Shown: positions 28,605-43,729 of the stretch, one piece after another
Numbering within the stretch: position 1 is the first letter of the stretch
Layout: every line of letters begins with the position of its first letter
Source: the human T2T-CHM13v2.0 reference genome, Homo sapiens
NCBI RefSeq assembly: GCF_009914755.1
Contig: NC_060925.1
DNA length: 64,000 bases
Reading direction: 5' to 3' (one strand)
The notes under the pieces: model-generated
The model's input: the letters and a program-made list of their open reading frames with translations, nothing else
What the model was told of the DNA's origin: nothing
Databases searched by the model: none
Program-made: the position numbers and the translations under genes

Positions 28605-29069
28605 CTATACTTCCCAGATAATCATTAATGATTAAATATTACTTACAGTGTGAAAAAAATACACATTTTTAAAAAAAGTGGTAGCAATAGTGTAGCCTCC
28701 TCATTGTCTTCCATGTTTTTAAAATATTTGACAGGTGTAATCTCTAGAGTACTGGAATTCAGAGAAAGGTCATATTCTAACCTCCTCTCCTCCAGACTAG
28801 TAATCACTTTTCATTTGTCAATCAATTACACCAGTGGGACATTTGGAAGATGCCCCTCCCCGTCCCAGAGTACTTGGGTGCTCCCTTAAGTAGGGCAGAC
28901 AGGCTTGTTCAAAACAGAAGCTTTAATATCATCATGTCAGAAGTTCTTAAACTGCTTTAGCATATTCTAACAAAGTTCTGAGGTTTTTTTACTTTAGCTA
29001 ATTCTACAGTGAAAAAATGATCCCAGGAAAGAACCAGTGCAACTGAGAGGCACACAGTAGTGCTACAGA

Positions 29070-29355
<286 letters not shown>

Positions 29356-30799
29356 TAGGTGGTATCACTACTTACTCCACAGGGACTAGCTGTTGAAATT
29401 GAGGCCAATACTATGCATACAGCAATGGACAGAGCTCTGTTCTTTTCCTTGAGGAGACTGTGTGAAGATTATGCTACCAGTTTTATAAAAGCAAGTATTT
29501 AAATTTCCTCTGAAATAGGATATTTTAAATCTGACTAGGCTCATTAAAAATATTAGATAATCCTATTGTATATTCAAGTACATATTCCTGAAAACAATGA
29601 ATCCCAAGTGGAATTTTATTTTTGCACATGTAATCTTCACTAGAGCTTAAATTCTTTTAGGACAGGTCCATATGTTACATACTTTTGCACCCACGCCTTT
29701 TCCTCAAGCACCAGTAGGGATTCAAAATTAATAGCTAAATTAGATGAACAAAATTCCACTATAACATCATGAGACAGTCTTTCATTGCAAATAGTTGTAA
29801 TTTTACTATGAGACAAAGAGTAGTTCCTGATACTTGATAAATTGTGCCATTTGTAAACCCCCCAACACACATACACACACTCACACATATCCATTCATGA
29901 TTGCCATTAATCTCCTTTTATTTTATTTTTGAGCATCGAATTGGAGGGTTTAATCTCATATCCTTAGATTTTCCTAGTGCAGAGATGCAAAGGTCATCCT
30001 CAATGATATCACTACACATTACATTTGACAGAATATCTTAGGGGTTTTCTTTTGCTTTCACTTTTAACAAGTTTTCTTGTTAAAGTAGTAATCTACATTG
30101 CTACAAGATTTGAAAATGATTTCTGACTTTTACAACTAAAGTGTTGAAATTTCTCATTTAATGTTCTAGATACAGCAGGGGCTTCAACGGGTCAAGATAA
30201 AAGGATTGTTTCTAGACATGCTTAGAGTGAGAAAAGATTATGTGAAGAAAGAATTCACTGGAAAAAATATGGACTTGAGTAATCATTAAATCCATGTCCT
30301 TTTCTCAAAGCCAAATAAGGTTCCTACTGTCTCCTTGATAGTGATTTGGAAGCCTGTTTGGGTTGACATTTCCCTTATTCATTTTTCCTTACCATAAGGT
30401 TTTGCTAACATTTCCAAATACCTATGAAATTGTGAGATTTCACAGAAATAAAAGTAGTTATTAATGAAGAAAAATTTCAGCCAATTCACTTAAAATGACT
30501 AAGAAAGTGCATTAAAAGTACAGTAATTGCAAACAAAGAAACAAAAAAAAACCAAAAAAAAACACAACAGATAACAGTGCCACCTCCAACAACAATGTAA
30601 CATGTCCTAACAACTTTTATAAAAATACATATTACAGATTTATTTCAGTAGCATAAACACAGAAATAGTCCTTTGACTTCCAAGAAGATGAAATAATACA
30701 TAGGTCATGAATACATAAGTTTTATTTCTATGACCAAAAGTATTTCACTACTCCAAGAAGTATTTATGAGGCAAATTACTGGAAGACTATGGAATTAAA

Positions 30800-31060
30800 T
30801 TTGGTTTTATATAGCATCTTTCATGCTCCAAGCGTCTCAATAGCTTTTTGAAAGTACAGAAATGCAGTGACAGTTGAAAACTGAAGAAGCTATTATACTT
30901 TTAAGGGCAGATGATGTAGGTTTGAATTCAGAGACGTGTTTTATGGATTCAGGGAGCAGGATATTCTTCAACTAATCTTCTACAAGTTCTGTGTCATCTT
31001 TATGTTCTACCTGAGTTGCAACCAAGGGCATGCAGTGGGGTCTTAGTGAAATAGCTCTTT
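30800..31060 (-). mobile_element. Probable ancient Deu-domain SINE relic (AmnSINE-like)
   Basis: ttttatatagcatctttca...agcgtctcaatagcttt resembles the reverse complement of the DeuSINE 3' tail; atctttatgttctacctgag resembles the Deu core. By-eye match only. Confidence 0.4.
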
Positions 31061-32384
31061 TAATTATATAATAAACTGTCCCTGGCTTGCAGGGACAGGG
31101 TTGCAATATTAGGTAAGCTTTGGATATAGCATTTGAAACTCTCAAATACCTTGTCCTGTGATAAGTAAGCCATAATACTCAACATAGCATGTTTAGTGTA
31201 AAATGTCATTCAATGCCCAAGATATAAATAATCTTGCATTTAGTTTCATAGGAAAACAACAACGATTAGTCCAATTTTTTATGCCAAGACGGGCGAGAAA
31301 TAGAAAAACCAGAAACAAATCAGCTTATCATTGATAGAATTACAATTTTTACCAGTCTGGAGAAAGACCTGAAATAATGCCAGCAGCTTTTTCAATAAGA
31401 TGTAGGGAAAAGAAATACAAGCAAGTGCTATTGCCCTCGATGATATTTTATACTGCAGAATTGTTTGTAACTGGAAAATATTGTTTGTGTCAGAGAGAAA
31501 CTCCCAGGGAAATGAAAAGCTAATAAGGATCAGCATGAACTCTGGAATGGTTCTGAGCAGATTGTTCACTGATGGGGAACAGTACTAAATGGAGAAAGCC
31601 CTACACTCAGTAGTCAAAAGATTAGAAATCAGAATTCTATACAAAAGAAATAACCTCTGCCCTTTTCCTTTACTCTAAACTGAGCCACAATTATGCTGCA
31701 AATGTTAGTTTTTTACCCACAAACACTGGTGTCTAACTGTCCCAGTGGTTTTACATTTTTCTTCTCTTCAGCCATAATTCATGAGCTCACTTTCTTATTT
31801 TTGAACTTAAATCTTTTTCCTAGACTTAATGTCTTCATTTCTCAAGAATATTCCCAGTATTAATTTATTCTCCACCCACCTTAACAGCAACTCTCTGTTC
31901 ATTGGCATCAAGTGACAATTTAAATTACTCTTAGTTTTTGCTAACTTGAAGCATTTCCTGTGAATTTTTGTTTTCAAGAAATTTTTACTAGAGTGGATTT
32001 TCTGCTTTTCTCCTTTTTAGAGCTTATGGTGACTTTGTCTATTGTCATTAGTTCTGGATCCAACTTTTTTTTTTCTATTTAATTTAATTCTTTGTCCCAT
32101 TACTTGATGGAAAGATTCTTGGATGTCAATAATATCTCCCACATAGATACTTATCAAAGCAATTACCTCTACTGTGACATTTTTTTTTCATCTTCTGACA
32201 TCCAATCATGACATTTCTTTGAAATGCTTCTTAATTTGCTTCTGAGACAAGGATAATTTACAATTTATCCAAATATCCAGGTTTCCTTGTGGTTTTAAAA
32301 AAAATTTACCTTCCACTCTTACAATGTGGATCCCCATATCCTGAGTTGGGTAGAAAACACTCAAGTGGAAGCATGAGAAATGGA

Positions 32385-32580
32385 AAGAGTATAACATTTT
32401 GGACCAGAAGGTCCAGCTTCAGGTTTTGGCTCCATCACTTACTAATTATGTAAGCTTGAACAGATCACTCCTTTCTCTTGCCTTGCTTAGAAAATGACTC
32501 ACAAGATGTGCCTACCTATACCACAGATTGGGGGATAAAATGTAATAACAAATGCAAAAAGTCTTTATAAACTACTATAG
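32385..32580 (+). mobile_element. MIR
   Basis: ttggctccatcacttactaattatgtaagcttgaacagatcact...cctataccacagattg. Confidence 0.6.
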
Positions 32581-32874
32581 TGGACACTGAAGGTTTTATC
32601 TTGCCTAGGATCTTTCCTTAGGACACCATTTTTTCCCACTCATAACTTGTGGGATGGCCCTATCCTTCTCCAGCCCTAACCTGGGGGTTGGCATACTCCA
32701 CAGGCTTGGCCAGGCAGATCCCACGGCGATCACTTTAGGGATGGGCACAGATGTAAGTGAGCAGTAGGAGTATCTACAAAGGACTTACATTTTGAATACT
32801 AATTGGAAATGATTCATTGAGTCCAATTACAGCATTCTGAAGATGCCATCCATTATTTTCCTCTACTTAGTCTC

Positions 32875-32977
32875 CAAGAACCAGTTCTTGTACAAATATG
32901 TCAATATTTTCTACAATTCCAGGAGAAACTCAGTATTTAACTCAAAATACCAATAGTGCTGAGATTAAAAAACCCTG
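32875..32977 (+). mobile_element. MER20 3' fragment
   Basis: caaaataccaatagtgctgagattaaaaaaccctg terminus. Confidence 0.55.
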
Positions 32978-33181
32978 CCCTTGAGCCTAATATATTATTC
33001 GGTACATAATACCTACCCTCCCTTACTCCTAAGTCTCTGAATAAGTATTAATTGAATGACTGAATGACTGAATGAATGAATGTAGGTGATCAGATGAAAG
33101 TCTAATATCATTAAGCAGCTTGTTCAAGTTCATCCTGTAAGCTTTAAGCAAAGGTGGCACTTGAATTAAGATCTTTTGACT

Positions 33182-33505
<324 letters not shown>

Positions 33506-33992
33506 TTATTACATTTTTATGTCTCCAAGTTAAAATTCTTAATTTATGATTTATCACTGTCTAATTATATACTTGTTTTCCTGTCTCCTTTCCATCTTCT
33601 GTGACTCATAAGCCCAAAGACATAAGACTTCAGTTTACAGTGTATGTTTCACTGCAATATCATGTGTTGCTCCTTAGATATGCCAGTTGGTTCAGAATTT
33701 CCAAAATATACAGATAATCGTAACATGCACTTTTTCAACAAAGTCATGCAACTGTAATTATTTCTAAATATATGGGAATAAAAATGATATAGAGCTATAT
33801 AACCAAAATTTCAAACTATAGTTAAATTAGATGACTTCCAAGATTTCTTTAAGGTTTAAAAATATAGTTAAGTACTTGCTTAGGTACAACAAAGAGATAT
33901 GTATGTTGAGACTTTAAGCAAAGAAGCACTCTGAAAAACCTGGTCCACAGAAGGGAATAATTGCTAAGTTACAGTAAGGGCACTTTAAAAAA

Positions 33993-34144
33993 TTTTTTTA
34001 TGTATTTATTTATTTGTTTATTTCTGTAGTGATGGGGTATCACTGTATTGACCAGGCTGGTCTCAAACTCCTGGTCTCAAGCAATTCTCTTGCCTCAACC
34101 TCTCAAACTGCTAGGATTGCAACAATGAACCATCACACCTGGCC
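33993..34144 (-). mobile_element. FLAM / free left Alu monomer
   Basis: Single monomer with T-rich tail; TSD cagtaaggg(gc/t)acttt on both sides. Confidence 0.85.
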
Positions 34145-34647
34145 TCAGTAAGGGTACTTTCACTAGAATGAAGGATTTATCCTACTGCTGTGTCCCTCTT
34201 TATTCATAGCACTGGTAGAAAGCACATTATCCAGATAACAACGCATTCCCAGGTCTGCTCAGACTGTAAGGGTCCTGACTATTTTGAAAGGCAGGTAAAT
34301 GTACTTTAATCATTTTTTTCTTCCCCGCAATGGCTGGCTCATGGCCAGTCATCATGACATACTTGTAGGAGAGTTCTTATGTTGTAATTACACCAACTTC
34401 TATGGAAAGTTCAGACGCAAAGAAAATTCAAAAAATTCCACTAATTTCTCATAAGACAGACATAAATCAGTACAATTAGCACCAATGGACATGTTTTTAC
34501 AATTTTGCCATGTATCGCTATACAGCTAAGTCAATTTCTTTTTTTGATATTTTCTGCACATTTCTATGCCTGCTTTTCCACAGTTTTAAAAATGTTTTTA
34601 TTCTGGCATGCTGGTAATTTGAGTCCAGTTGGGTGAAATGGGATGAA

Positions 34648-34716
34648 GAACTAACTTGTCTCAGTTTGCCTGGGACTTTACTAGCTTTAGTCTTGAATGT
34701 ATCCTGTTCTGGGAAG
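34648..34716. mobile_element. MER81/MER94-like hAT-Blackjack fragment
   Basis: tgtctcagtttgcctgggactttactagctttag...tcctgttctgggaa. Confidence 0.55.
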
Positions 34717-35436
34717 GTGGTTGTTGTTTACTCTTTGTTGCTTCCGGGATTGGTGTCTGTGGAAATATTATTATCTTCCTCTGGCTTCTGAGAGTCCTCA
34801 CATCTCTTCCTTCCTTTTTCTCTCTTCATCAATCAGCCACTGGGTCCTGGGATTCTTCATTCACAAGGCATCTCACTTCTACCCTTTGTCTACCACATTC
34901 TCCACCCCACCCCACCAGTGATTCCACTCTCATGTGGTCTAAATCCTCCTCCGTTCTCCCCACTACCTGGCTGCCAGAATAATATTCATAATGTACCACT
35001 TCATCTTGTCAATCCCCTGCTTAAGGGCTTTCAATGATGCTTTACTGCCTAAAAGGTAAAGCTAAGATCCAAAGAAAATTATCAAGCTTCTACTTCAATT
35101 TTCAATATTTTCCCTCAGCTCTGTCCTACATGAACTCTGTCACAAAGATAGATCTGCTCATGACACCCAAACCCACTTTTAATTCTTTCAGTCATTCGTC
35201 GCATGTTTGTTATCCTTGTATGATTCAGGGATTATGCAAGGTCCTAGGAAAAAGAGGAAACAAGAGAGACAGCATCTCTGTTCTTATACAGATTACTGTT
35301 TAGCAAGTTTTTTATTGCGAATTCAGCGAGGACATTAACATTTTTATATGTAAATACTTGGACCTGACTTTTTATAAATAATTTCTTTTAGTTCTTACAG
35401 CAACAATGTGAAATAAGACCTATTATTAGTTTTCCT

Positions 35437-35738
<302 letters not shown>

Positions 35739-36324
35739 AGTTTTCCTATTTTATAAGAAAGGTAAGGCTCAAAGAAGTTATGTCTCTAAAAAAATCACAC
35801 AGATATACAAGTCTTTTATCCTAGATCTATTTAACTGCAAAGTTTGAGTCCTTTTCCTTGTACCACATTGCTACTCTGAAGAGCTCATTTATTCATTCCA
35901 AGATAATGTGAATCTCTTAGCTAGGCTGAATGCAAATTCCATTGCTCCATCAAGGTGTAGCCTAAGACCTGACTCTCAGTAAGTTATTGCTTACTGCCAT
36001 TATATTCTCTAAATGTTCTAAATTACCATAAACTCTTATTATACATACCATTCCTTTGTCATTAGATTAAACATTGTCCTGTTTTAACCTACTGTGTGTT
36101 TGTGCTTTGCAAACTCACATCACTTGTAGGCTCTTTGATAACTAGCAGAAGGCTGCAGATTTAACAGTAACCTATGTAGTGCCCACTATAGTTATACTTT
36201 TCACATAGCAGGTCCTAATTAAATATTTATTTTTGAATGTCAAGTTGCATTCTATTTCTGTATAATTTCATTTAGATTGTCTCTTTGCTGGTCAATTTTG
36301 ATATGGCTTTGATCATACCAGTAA

Positions 36325-36446
36325 TCCATAAGCATCTTGGAGGTTGGGATTCCATCTCTATTAACTTTGTGAGTCCAGTTCCTTTCACAGTGTCTGGCAT
36401 ATATGGCACATAATACATATCCATTAAGTGGATGAATGACTGAATT
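36325..36446 (+). mobile_element. L2 3' end
   Basis: cacagtgtctggcatat...gtggatgaatgactgaat. Confidence 0.6.
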
Positions 36447-37199
36447 AAGGAATCTGACTTCTTCATGGTAACACAGGACATATATTTCTAGATCCTTCTC
36501 TGAATGTTAATCAAATACATCTTTGACATATATTTATATTGAACACAGCACTTGGTCATTTGTTAGCTAAATGACTTTAACTTTTTCTTTATCAGCTTTC
36601 ATGCCTCAGTATCTCTTAGTTTCCATCAGTTCCATGTGTCTCTGACAAAGTTATCTCCCCTCTGCCTCTTTGATCATGTCACCCCATTCCTCAAAACCTT
36701 CCCTGATACACAAATCAAACCAAGTTCCAGAGTTTGAGCTTCAAGTTCTTTATCAGTTCTGGCCATTAAATAAATAAATAAAATAATAAAATAAAATAAA
36801 ATTCTTGTCTCATTTATTGCTTTCCATTGCTTTAAACATCTTTCTTTAAGTAAAAATTAAGTTCTCCCCTACCATCTTTTAGTCGATATTTTGGAAAATA
36901 CTATTCCAACTTGGGGACGACTTTTCTTCCAATAACAGCTAACTTAACTTTAAAAGAACAGCTTTAAGATTTTCTCTTCCATAAAGTCTTCTCTAATACT
37001 CTTCTAAGGAAAAAGAAAAAAACAAAGTCTCCCTATAGATTCCAAGATAATGTCTCAAATGGTTCACTAATCTGAGATGAGAGTGATCTCATACTTTAAT
37101 TTTTGTTTTCTCCACTAATATGAGGCTTCCTGATTAAAGTTTATAGTTCTAAGTATGTCACTTCCACACTTAATAGACTTTGAAGACTTTCTGCTGCCC

Positions 37200-37880
37200 A
37201 TCAACTTGGGCTGGCATTTAAATCCCCTGATGATCTAGTCCTAACTTATTCTTTATGTCTTACCTGCCATGCCGTTATCCATGCAAACTTTCCTTTGTAC
37301 CCATTTAAGCTTTTTTTTACCTTTATCTCTTTGCTCTTACTAATCCCTCTGCCTACAATGGCCTCCTTGTCCCATGTCAGTAAGTTCAAATCCTGCCCAT
37401 CCACTAACATCCATGCTAAAGGCCGTAACTGTGTCCTGTCAGAACACTCAATCTGAACATCCAAATGATTTCTTTGCACAATTTATTACTTTCTGCATTG
37501 TATACTTATGCATGAGGCCATGCCTACCTGCCTCCGTGCCTAGAATTCCTTTAGTTCCTTCCCATAGTGATTTCCTTATCCTTTGAATATTAGCTCAATC
37601 ATAACTTCCTCAGAATCCTTCTAAGAATACCCAAATGGGTCAAATATCAGTACTATTGACAATCACAGTACCATGTATTTATTCATGGTACTTGTCACAG
37701 TTGCAATTTATGTTCATTTGTATGATTACTTCATTAATGTCTGCTTCTACTTCCATATCTTTTAGTGCTATAAAAGTCAGCACCATATATTTTCTGTCCC
37801 TTCAAAGTACATATTACTAAGTAAGCACAGAATTGGTATTATAGTAGATAACTAATGTTAGTTGAATAAATGAATGAACA
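37200..37880 (+). mobile_element. L2 fragments
   Basis: tgcctagaattcctt...tagctcaatcataacttcctcag...gttgaataaatgaatgaa. Confidence 0.65.
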
Positions 37881-37964
37881 ACACATATTTCAGGTTGGAA
37901 ATTTTTTTCTCAAAAAATTACATATTGTGAACTGTGAATTGATCAATACCAATAGCATTTCTGT

Positions 37965-38380
37965 GGTGGGATAGTGTTGCTGACATCGGTCCAAGTACAA
38001 GCTCTGCAGTCAGACTAGACTGCTTCAGTTGTTTCAGACATTGTTTCTGTGATATGGACGACAGGGCCTGAGTTAAGGTAAGGCAAACAAGTCACCTAGG
38101 GCCAGGGCACAAAATTTAAGTAGGTTCTTACTCACAGCTCTGCAAGTGACTCCCATCTTACATTTTGTACCCTAGGCAGCTACGTTTCTTCACCTTGGTC
38201 TTCAAGCCCTGATGGGCAATTTTCTTAATCTCTGTAAGCCTTGCTCTTCTCAATTATAAAACAAGGATCTTAAAAACTGCATCTATCTTGTAAGATTGTT
38301 TTGAATATTATATCAGATAATATGATACTTAGTGTATCTTGTGTAAAGGGCTTCTCAATAAGTATTAGATATTTTACTCA
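37965..38380 (+). mobile_element. MIR split by MER91
   Basis: gctctgcagtcagactagac...ctgtga[insert]tgggcaattttcttaatctctgtaagcctt...taaaacaaggat. Confidence 0.7.
38062..38211. mobile_element. MER91A-like hAT-Tip100 MITE
   Basis: CAGGGC...GCCCTG termini; internal agggcacaaaatttaag / cttacattttgtaccct inverted arms; 8-bp TSD atggacga/atgggcaa. Confidence 0.8.
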
Positions 38381-39584
38381 CTGTCATCGAGCCTATGATA
38401 GGGTCCTGAGGTAATGAACTCTCAGGTAGGTTTAGATGGTGTGATAAAGCAGGGAAAATTTTGAAGTTATCTGGAGAAAGATGTCAGAAGGCACTCCATA
38501 GTTGGAAGAAATATATATGGACACCAGGTACAAGACAAAGAGGAGAAAATGCCAGAAACAAATTAATGCTTTTGCCTACTTTGCAATTTGCCTGGGCCTG
38601 AACAAAATATATTAACGATAAAAATAAAGTGGAAGGGTTTTTGTTTTTCTTTTAGCTCCAGTTATATACTTCAAAAAAAAAACTTATCCCACATCATTGC
38701 CAAATAATTTATTTTTAAGCTTGCTGGTCTCTGAAAATAAAATATATCTGTCTTGTGTTTGTCATGTATGGTGAACTTTCTACTCAGGGCTTACTTGTCT
38801 TCTTTATTATTGAAAAACTGTTGTTTTATTTTCAATCAATGGGTGTTCATCCAGTGTCACCTATTTACAATATCAATTATAAAACTCTTTAATGGCTAAT
38901 AAACATGATTGTCTTGTTATTCTCAATAAAGGGAAGCTGTTCCAAGTCTTTGGCCAAATTAACAAAAATATCATGAAAATTTTTTGCCAATCTATGATGT
39001 CACAGAAGTTTTCTTTTTAAAACATCATACATTATCCTAATGCATACTTTTTATAATAATACAGATCACTTCTAAATGATTGTCTTTAAGATTTGCATAA
39101 TTAGCTAAATTAACACCCTGAATTTGGTCATGATTGCCAAATTTGAAGGTCTTACTTTCATTTTCATTGAAGAAGTTTGAACTCATTTATTCTCTTTATA
39201 AAGCCTGAATGCATAATCAGTTTCCAATTTGAATAAGCAAACTGGCCGACAAAATTTTGCAAATTACTCTAATAAGTTCTCTTGGTATTTCCCACAGAAG
39301 GCTGAACAAATGTTGACAGAGGAACACACTGTTTGCTTATGTCTAATCTTCCCATCTGACTTATATAAATGTCACAAATGAATCTCAGACATGTGCCCAA
39401 TATCAAATATCCATACGATGGCCCTGGAAAGAGGCAATCTACATTTATGGCTGATGAGAAGATGGATTTTTAGCTTGAAAGAAACTTATTACTGGGGAGA
39501 GGAAGTATAAATGAATGGAGAGAGCTATGAAGAGGTTGAGAGAATACAGCCAAGGTCATTTTCTCTTTAAATGCTGTGAAGTAG

Positions 39585-39760
39585 GCATTGTTATAAAGGC
39601 TTTGCATAACTCTTATGTAATCTTCACAGGCCCCTTAGTCCATGAGGAAATGGGATCTTAAAGTGGTCAGTCAACAGCTCAAGTTGCCACAGTGGCAGAA
39701 CAACTGGCAGAGTGGGATTCGAACCCTGCTCTGTTATCCCTGAAATTTTGATTCTAATTA
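39585..39760 (-). mobile_element. MIR
   Basis: taatcttcacag...atgaggaaatggg...ctggcagagtgggattcgaaccc. Confidence 0.65.
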
Positions 39761-40739
39761 CTAAATCATACATGTATTTAGATAAATTAATTTATTAACC
39801 ATTATTCTTTTAAACTAGGTGTTATAAAACTATTAGCACTGTTAGAGTAGTAGATAATTGCATCTAAAATTTTAAATAAAATCCTCTTATAAGTAAAATC
39901 AATGATGGAATCTAATGCACTGAGGGGGAAATAGTGTGAAACCTCTAATTGTTCCTGAAGTGGGAATGGCCTAAATTTGTTAGAGATGCCTTTTATTCTT
40001 CTCTGTCAGGATAGAGCAACTCTTTTAAGATCAAGTAAAGATTTTAAAGCTGGTATTTGGGAAATTCAACAGACCCTTTTAGAAGAAGAGCCCTTTCATG
40101 ATAGCATGCCAGGTAGAGGGCAATGGAGATGCAAAGAGGAAAATCAAGCACTAATAGGTGTTCTCAAGGTAGTTCCCTTTTGTAGTGCAAAGCAGGCCTT
40201 AGAAAGCAGGACCTTGCCCAGCAGGATGACCCCCTACCAGCCTGGTGACTGTGAGCATCAGGCCAATCATAGAAGAAGATACTTCAAATGATTTTACCTT
40301 GGGAGTGGAGGGAGAGAAGCTTTTGTACTAAAAGCCAGTGATTACACTGGGAGAGCAGTTAGAGGAGCCATTAAGATGTGTTGAAAACAATAACCCCAAC
40401 AATTTCTTTATAAGAGAATATAAAGGCCACTGAAAAATAATCTTTTAGATGCAGCTTCTTAAAAACAATCAGTCAATCAAGTGATAAACATGTTTTGGTA
40501 CCAAATTTCATTTATTATTGTGTTTCTCAAAAGGAATAATTAATTAGTATTGGCAAAATTAAGAAGACTTAGAAAGATATGTTATGGATGTAAGTGTGCA
40601 TAGTTTTGTGTTTATAGTTACATTTGATAATACGTAACTGTACAAGAAAATCAGAGGGGAAAGGAATAGTAAGAAAATCGGATGAAGCTAGCTGTGGGTA
40701 TGCTGTAAGAACCTGGGTATTTCTTTTGTTCTTTTACTG

Positions 40740-41030
40740 GATCATGCATTTACTCAGCAAATATTTATAGAATGCTACTTAGGTACATGGCACTCCTCTA
40801 GGCACTGGGGTAGTTTGGGTTGGTTGAACAAAGAAGAGACAAATGTCTGTTTTCATGTAAATTACAGCACAGGTTGGATGCGAGAGAGCAGTAAACATAA
40901 TACTTAAGTTAATTATATACATTTTATGTAAAAGGGTGACAAAAGCTATTGGGCAAAATTATTCAGTAAAAAGGAGACTGGGAAATGCAGGGAAGGGGTG
41001 GAACATTTTTAAATAGGGTACTGTTTTGTT
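40740..41030 (-). mobile_element. L2 3' fragment
   Basis: catttactcagcaaatatttatagaatgctac...ctaggcactgggg. Confidence 0.7.
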
Positions 41031-41044
41031 CATTAGGGAGATAA

Positions 41045-41370
41045 CTACATTCTTGTTCGTCTTCCAGGCACATGACAGAATTGCTCTGTTGAAGTTTTGC
41101 AAGGTCAAATGACTCACTTTGTCTAATGGAACGGGAACGAACAATTTTTTTGTGTCACGTTTGAACAGATACCTTTGAGAAGTTTATGATTCTCCAAGTT
41201 CTCTTTCTCCTACTGTGGCACCTACTGACAAGATAAATGTGTAGAGGTTCCTGAGTCTAGGGGTAAGGAAACAAGAAGCAGTGCCCTGTGCAACCCTGAT
41301 GTAATGTGAGCAAGAAATGCAAACCTGAAAATTCTGTTACTGCACTATTAGTGCCCATCCTGATAAGTAT
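41045..41370 (+). mobile_element. MLT1J-like LTR
   Basis: cttccaggcacatg...tgactcactttgtctaatgg...tgtgagcaagaaat...catcctgataagtata. Confidence 0.6.
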
Positions 41371-42959
41371 AGAAGGTCATAGTCAATTTTAAATAGTTGC
41401 TAAAATTGTGCTGCCAATTTGTTTCTTAGGCTGTAGTGAACAAGTTTCCTAGGACACTGTCTTATGCATTTCTTATTGTGAGATATTGAAAGCAAATTCA
41501 TAGTTCAAAAACAAAGCAAGTCTACATGGGGACAAAATGATGCAGCTACATATTTTGTACAAAGCTCTGTGCTAGACTCTTGTCTTAAACTTCTAGGAAT
41601 TTACAATCTAATTAGAGAGAAAGGACCCCAAATGATACTAAAATAAATAAATAAATGGAGCTTATGCCAGATGAATTGTATCGTCAGGAATCCAGAGACA
41701 AATTGATTTCTCAGAACTGGGGCATTTCTTCATGGAAAAGGTTGGAGTTAGACTCATCTCTTTCCTGGGATGCTGCTGTTACTTTAATATCCCAGTTGGA
41801 TTTAGTGACATCTGCAAAGGCTCCATGTAGTTAATAAGATTAAAATCAAGTTTTAGTCTTCTGTCAACAGCTTGCTATCTAGCCTCTTCATTAAGGAAAG
41901 GGGGAAAAAAGTATCTGAAGTCAAAGTTGACTCAGTGTTGTATCATCAAGTCAGGGATGCAAAAGTGCCACATGTTGCTAGGCATGAGTAAACTGATTTT
42001 AAATATTCCTCACAATGAATACGAGAATACGGCAAATCTGTTGGATGAGGAAAGACTGCAATGGCTTTTAGTTGTCATTAGTACCATGGTAAGTTTAAAA
42101 GAGAAAGTAAAGTGAACTGAAAGTAAAGATAACTAGAGAACATCCATCAAATGACAGAGTTATGAGAAAGATAAAGAGAAGCAACAAACAATATCTAATC
42201 TAATTATAGCTTTATCCACATGAATACCGTTCCATTTTGTTTTAATTTTGCCAAAAAAGCTAAAGTAATAATTTAAAAATACCTGTTAAAAAATGGAAAA
42301 TGAAAGATTGAGTTTTTATTACAGATTATCCTATCCTCCCAAGAATGCAGTTCTGTCGCAAAATTTGGCCATACAAAACCTAGATGTATATCAATTAAAG
42401 AGGTTTCCCCACCATAAAGCACGGAAAATGAGGAGGACCTGTGAGCCAACTCATCTGGGAAAATATGCTTTCCATAATTAAATATAACATGCTGCCTCAC
42501 CCCTGTGTATGTTCTTGACTAGACAGAGCAATTCACACGGTGAACTGCAGCGTCTTGGTGTTGAAGGAAGTCTACACAGTGGAGTCGAATATAATAACAA
42601 ACTGAAACCTTAATTAGTTGAAGTAACAAAGGCAGTGGTACACAGTTATGCAAGCGTAGAGTTTGGCTGTTCATTTCTTCTTAAGAAAATCTACATCAGT
42701 TATCTTCAGAAACGTATTAAAGATTCCAGGTAGAGAATAGCATTGAAATCCTTCACTGGATTTCTTCTGGAAGTCTAGGATCATTCTGAGGATGCTTGGA
42801 TGCCATTTCAGACTTTTCAGAATTTATACCATTTATTTCATTAGATATTTCAAATTCCTGCACCTTCTGCAGTGTTAATAGAATTATAGTATACAGAATG
42901 GAAAACAACAATTAAAAATTAGAGTTTCAGTGAGAACAACAGAGATAAAAACAGCAGAG

Positions 42960-43060
42960 TCAGGTATTTATTGAGTTTTACTCTGTGCCAGCCACTACGC
43001 TAGATGCTGAAGATATAGCAGTGAATATGACAGTCTCTGCCTTGATGGAGCTTGCAGTTT
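42960..43060 (-). mobile_element. L2 3' end
   Basis: tatttattgagttttactctgtgccagccactacgctagatgctgaagatatagcagtgaa. Confidence 0.75.
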
Positions 43061-43729
43061 TTTCTGAGTGGCTGCTAACTTGATTCTAAGTTATCTCCTT
43101 AATTATTTCAGTATCTGAGTGGTGTTGCAATCTGCAGACAACTTGTTCTTTGTCCTTGTCACTATGGAAATAGTTATAATCGGATACTGTATCTACCCCT
43201 AGTCTTCTGTAATTCATTTTAACAATGTGCACACATGTTGATTTGGAGAAAAAGAATAACAATCTTTTGAAAAAATGGTGATCCTAGGGCTACGACCTTT
43301 TAAAAACTTGGGTCTCCATGAACCCATTAAGTTGGATACAAGACTCAACTTAGTATAATAGACCTTTTTCACTCCTGTTATTACTAGTACCTTAAAGTCT
43401 AGCTTTCTTACTGGAGTGATGTTTGGAGAGAGAAAGCTGCATCACTTGGTGAGTAAACTGAAATTATATAATAAATAGAATATGCACAAAATGGGGATGC
43501 ATTGAAGGACTCTGATCATACTAATGGCATGATTGTAGCTGTACTTTAGGAAGATGAATGGATTAGAGTAGAAAAAAGGAGAAATACCAGTTAGAAAATT
43601 ATTATCTTGGTTCATATGACAAATAATAAGTCCTTGGATTAGAGTATATATATAAAGGATATTAGGAAAAATGATTATGGCCAGTTTTTACCAAATTAAT
43701 GTTAGAGATGAGCATTTTATGTATTCTCT

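Noticed and set aside
30063-30083. 9-bp-stem AT-rich hairpin (similar one near 53431-53450)
   Set aside because: Stems of this length are expected by chance in 64 kb of AT-rich DNA.
42273-42620. Short ORFs on both strands and plus-strand acceptor-like sites
   Set aside because: No recognisable protein, early stops and no matching donor.
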